Shown in pieces: positions 42,947-45,189 of a DNA stretch of 45,189 bases (positions are counted from its first letter, which is position 1; each line of letters begins with the position of its first letter). The notes under the pieces were generated by a model, which was given only the letters and a program-made list of their open reading frames with translations, ran no database searches and was not told the DNA's origin. Source of the DNA: a virus. A program made the position numbers and the translations under genes. The stretch is taken from positions 1 through 45,189 of IMG/VR virus record IMGVR_UViG_3300045988_017593, one strand, 5' to 3'.

Positions 42947-43564
42947 GTGTCCATAGTGAACAGCATCGAAAGCGTCAGGGAGTGGCTGACCGAAAACGTC
43001 TGCCCGCTGGTGAAGCTGAAACTCCCGGACGACAACGCCAACGACGCCTCCTACCCCTACAAACTGGTCAACCCGGCCGCCTTTTCCCTGTTCGTCCCTT
43101 CAAAGGACAGGACGCCCCCTCAGATCGCCGCGCCGATCCCGTCGGTCTGCGTGCAGATCGTCAAGGGTGAGGACGACATGATCGCGCACTCCCGTGGCAT
43201 CAGGATCCGGCTGTGCTTCTCTGCGTGGGATCCCGGGTATCACGGGCCCGACATCTTCAGACCTCGGGGCGATGGCAGCGGCACCTACATCCAGCAGTAC
43301 AATGAGGAGACGAGTGCCTACTTCGAGAAGAACGGAGAAGGCTGGCGCGACGCATGGAGCTTCGTGGACACAACCCTCAGAGAGATCGAAAACGCCGAAT
43401 ACATGAACGGCCTCCGAGTTATCAAGGAGGAGGGCATCACCTTCGGCCCCGTCACTGAGCAGGACGCTGTCCCGGACTTCTACCCGTACTGGTTTGCGTG
43501 GGCCGAGCTGACCATCGAGGAGACGCTCACGCGCAACCCGAAAACCTACAATCAATTCCTTTAA
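42947..43564 (+). CDS. Hypothetical head-tail joining / tail completion protein
   Basis: GTG follows AGGAGG. 205 aa. Located upstream of the sheath gene. Confidence 0.45.
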   Translation: MSIVNSIESVREWLTENVCPLVKLKLPDDNANDASYPYKLVNPAAFSLFVPSKDRTPPQIAAPIPSVCVQIVKGEDDMIAHSRGIRIRLCFSAWDPGYHGPDIFRPRGDGSGTYIQQYNEETSAYFEKNGEGWRDAWSFVDTTLREIENAEYMNGLRVIKEEGITFGPVTEQDAVPDFYPYWFAWAELTIEETLTRNPKTYNQFL

Positions 43565-43618
43565 GGGCGACCGGCAAAACTGGCCGCCCTAATTTATTCC
43601 AAGAAGGAGGATAAGCAC

Positions 43619-45139
43619 ATGGCAAACGAGTACCTCTACGGCGCATACGGCCACATCGGTGAAACCGTGGCACAGAGCGCCGTACAGGCAGGCACCACGC
43701 CGGTCTATATCGGCACCGCGCCTGTCAATCTCGTGCGCGGCTTCGGCGAGGCCGGCATCATCAATGAGCCGATCAAGCTGACCAATATGATCGACGCGCA
43801 GAAGAAGCTCGGCTACGCTGCCGACTGGGGCACCTTTACCCTCTGCGAAGTCATGACCGCGCACTTCAACAACACCCTCGGCAACATTGGCCCGATCTAC
43901 GTCATCAACGTGCTGGATCCGGCTGAAGGTAAGCACCGCAAGGAAGTCGAGACGACCAAGTCTCTGAGCTTCGCCGGCGGCCGCGCCGAGTTCGTGAGCT
44001 CCACCATCATCCTCGACACCCTGACTATCGCAAAGGCTGGCGACGACGCCGGCAACTACGAGGAGGGCGTCGACTATGCTGTGGACTACAACTTCACCAA
44101 GGGCAGCGTCATCATCACCAGCCTGATCGAGGACGCACCTCTGGCCGGCACCCTGACCGCCAGCTACTTCGACGTCGACGACTCCGTGCTGGAGGACGCT
44201 GACATCATCGGCGGCGTGACTGCCTCCGGCGAATACAGCGGCCTGAGCTCCATCGCTCTGCTGTACCCCGAGCAGTTTGCAGTCTGCAACCTGATCGCAG
44301 CGCCCGGCTGGAGCCACAGCCCTGCCGTCTACAATGCTATGATCGCGGCCAGCCGCAAGATCAACGGCCACTGGGACGCCTTCGTCGTCGCCGACCTGCC
44401 TCTGGTGGATCCCACCAACGCCGCAGCCGTCGACACCATCGAGAAGGCGATCGCGTGGAAGCAGAACAACGCCTTCAACAATGAACGCTCTAAGGTCTAC
44501 TGGCCGCAGGCCGTCGACAATCTCGGCAACGTCTACCACCTGAGCACGCTGGCGACCGTCGAGCTCATGAGAGCCGACTTCAGCCACAACAGCGTCCCGA
44601 TGGAAACCTGCGGCAACAAGGCCGTCCCGGTCATCAAGCAGTATTTCGGAGCCAACGCCACAAACCGCGGCTTCGATCAGCAGACCGGCAAGGAGCTGAC
44701 TCAGAAGGGCATCTGCACCGTCGTCGCGTGGGCCGGCGAGTGGGTATTGTGGGGCGACCACACCGCTGCCTATACCTACGGCGCCGAGGTGGATCCTCGC
44801 GCCATCTTCGACGTCTCCATGCGTATGCTGATGCACATCACCAACAGCTTCCAGCGCGAGTGGAGCCCCGAGATCGACGAGCCCATGACCCGCGCTCTGA
44901 AGGATCGCATCATCAACCGCGAGCAGGAGAAGCTCGACGGTTATGTCAGCATGGGCGCCCTGATCGGCGACCCCGTGATCCTGTTCCTCGAGTCCGAGAA
45001 CAGCACCACCGACATCATGAACGGCGACTTCAGATGGGACATCGCAGTCACTCCTACGCCTCCCCTCAAGAGCGCCAGCGTCTACGTCGCATACACCGAC
45101 GCAGGCTTCTCCGTTTACTACGAAGGAGGTGACGCATAA
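43619..45139 (+). CDS. Contractile tail sheath protein
   Basis: 506 aa, starts MANEYLYGAYGHIG..., and is followed by the tube gene across the circular junction. Confidence 0.85.
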   Translation: MANEYLYGAYGHIGETVAQSAVQAGTTPVYIGTAPVNLVRGFGEAGIINEPIKLTNMIDAQKKLGYAADWGTFTLCEVMTAHFNNTLGNIGPIYVINVLDPAEGKHRKEVETTKSLSFAGGRAEFVSSTIILDTLTIAKAGDDAGNYEEGVDYAVDYNFTKGSVIITSLIEDAPLAGTLTASYFDVDDSVLEDADIIGGVTASGEYSGLSSIALLYPEQFAVCNLIAAPGWSHSPAVYNAMIAASRKINGHWDAFVVADLPLVDPTNAAAVDTIEKAIAWKQNNAFNNERSKVYWPQAVDNLGNVYHLSTLATVELMRADFSHNSVPMETCGNKAVPVIKQYFGANATNRGFDQQTGKELTQKGICTVVAWAGEWVLWGDHTAAYTYGAEVDPRAIFDVSMRMLMHITNSFQREWSPEIDEPMTRALKDRIINREQEKLDGYVSMGALIGDPVILFLESENSTTDIMNGDFRWDIAVTPTPPLKSASVYVAYTDAGFSVYYEGGDA

Positions 45140-45189
45140 TGGAAAAGTGGCTTGACCTGAAGGGCCCCATCCTCGCCGACACCGTGTAC
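45091..45189. repeat. Second copy of the 99-bp end overlap (includes the first 51 nt of the tube gene)
   Basis: Identical to 1-99. Confidence 0.95.

Noticed and set aside
43565-43618. A terminator between the tail-completion gene and the sheath gene (GGGCGACCGGCAAAACTGGCCGCCC).
   Set aside because: The stem is imperfect and no T-run follows, so it is not convincing as an intrinsic terminator.
45091-45189. The 99-bp end repeat as genuine phage direct terminal repeats.
   Set aside because: The repeat cuts through the sheath and tube coding sequences, and the terminase family predicts cos ends. An assembly overlap of a circular contig is the simpler explanation.

Overview
The window is a complete, circularly closed phage genome. 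Bases 1-99 are identical to 45091-45189, so the unit length is about 45,090 bp. It is GC-rich, with strong GGAGG Shine-Dalgarno sites and Gram-positive-type lysis and replication genes, so I infer a high-GC Bacillota (Clostridia-like) host. All recognisable genes but one lie on the + strand.

Gene order:
- P2/PBSX-like contractile tail: tube, chaperone with a -1 frameshift, tape measure, LysM protein, gpD/V/W/J/I-like baseplate, collar-type fibre.
- A diversity-generating retroelement (DGR): avd, template repeat (TR), reverse transcriptase, then a variable target gene.
- Lysis cassette.
- A lone minus-strand gene.
- A regulatory region with several small HTH proteins and an IS30-family DDE transposase. 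I recognised no tyrosine or serine integrase.
- Early, recombination and replication genes: exonuclease, Gam, Erf, SSB, DnaD-like, DnaC-like, RecU, MazG, ParB-methyltransferase.
- Late activator and tRNA-Leu(CAG).
- Lambda-like cos-type head module: Nu1/A-like terminase, W, portal, ClpP protease, decoration protein, capsid protein E-like.
- Tail sheath.

Main finding: one TR matches two variable repeats (VRs), and every mismatch falls on a TR adenine. One VR lies internally in a tail-fibre-region protein just downstream of the RT. The other lies about 10 kb away in a small paralogue embedded in the early operon.

Second finding: a possible transposase-based lysogeny module. It includes a perfect 25-bp palindrome over a consensus promoter, which may be a joined TG...CA end junction.

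All calls come from reading the sequence and translations by eye. No database searches were run.
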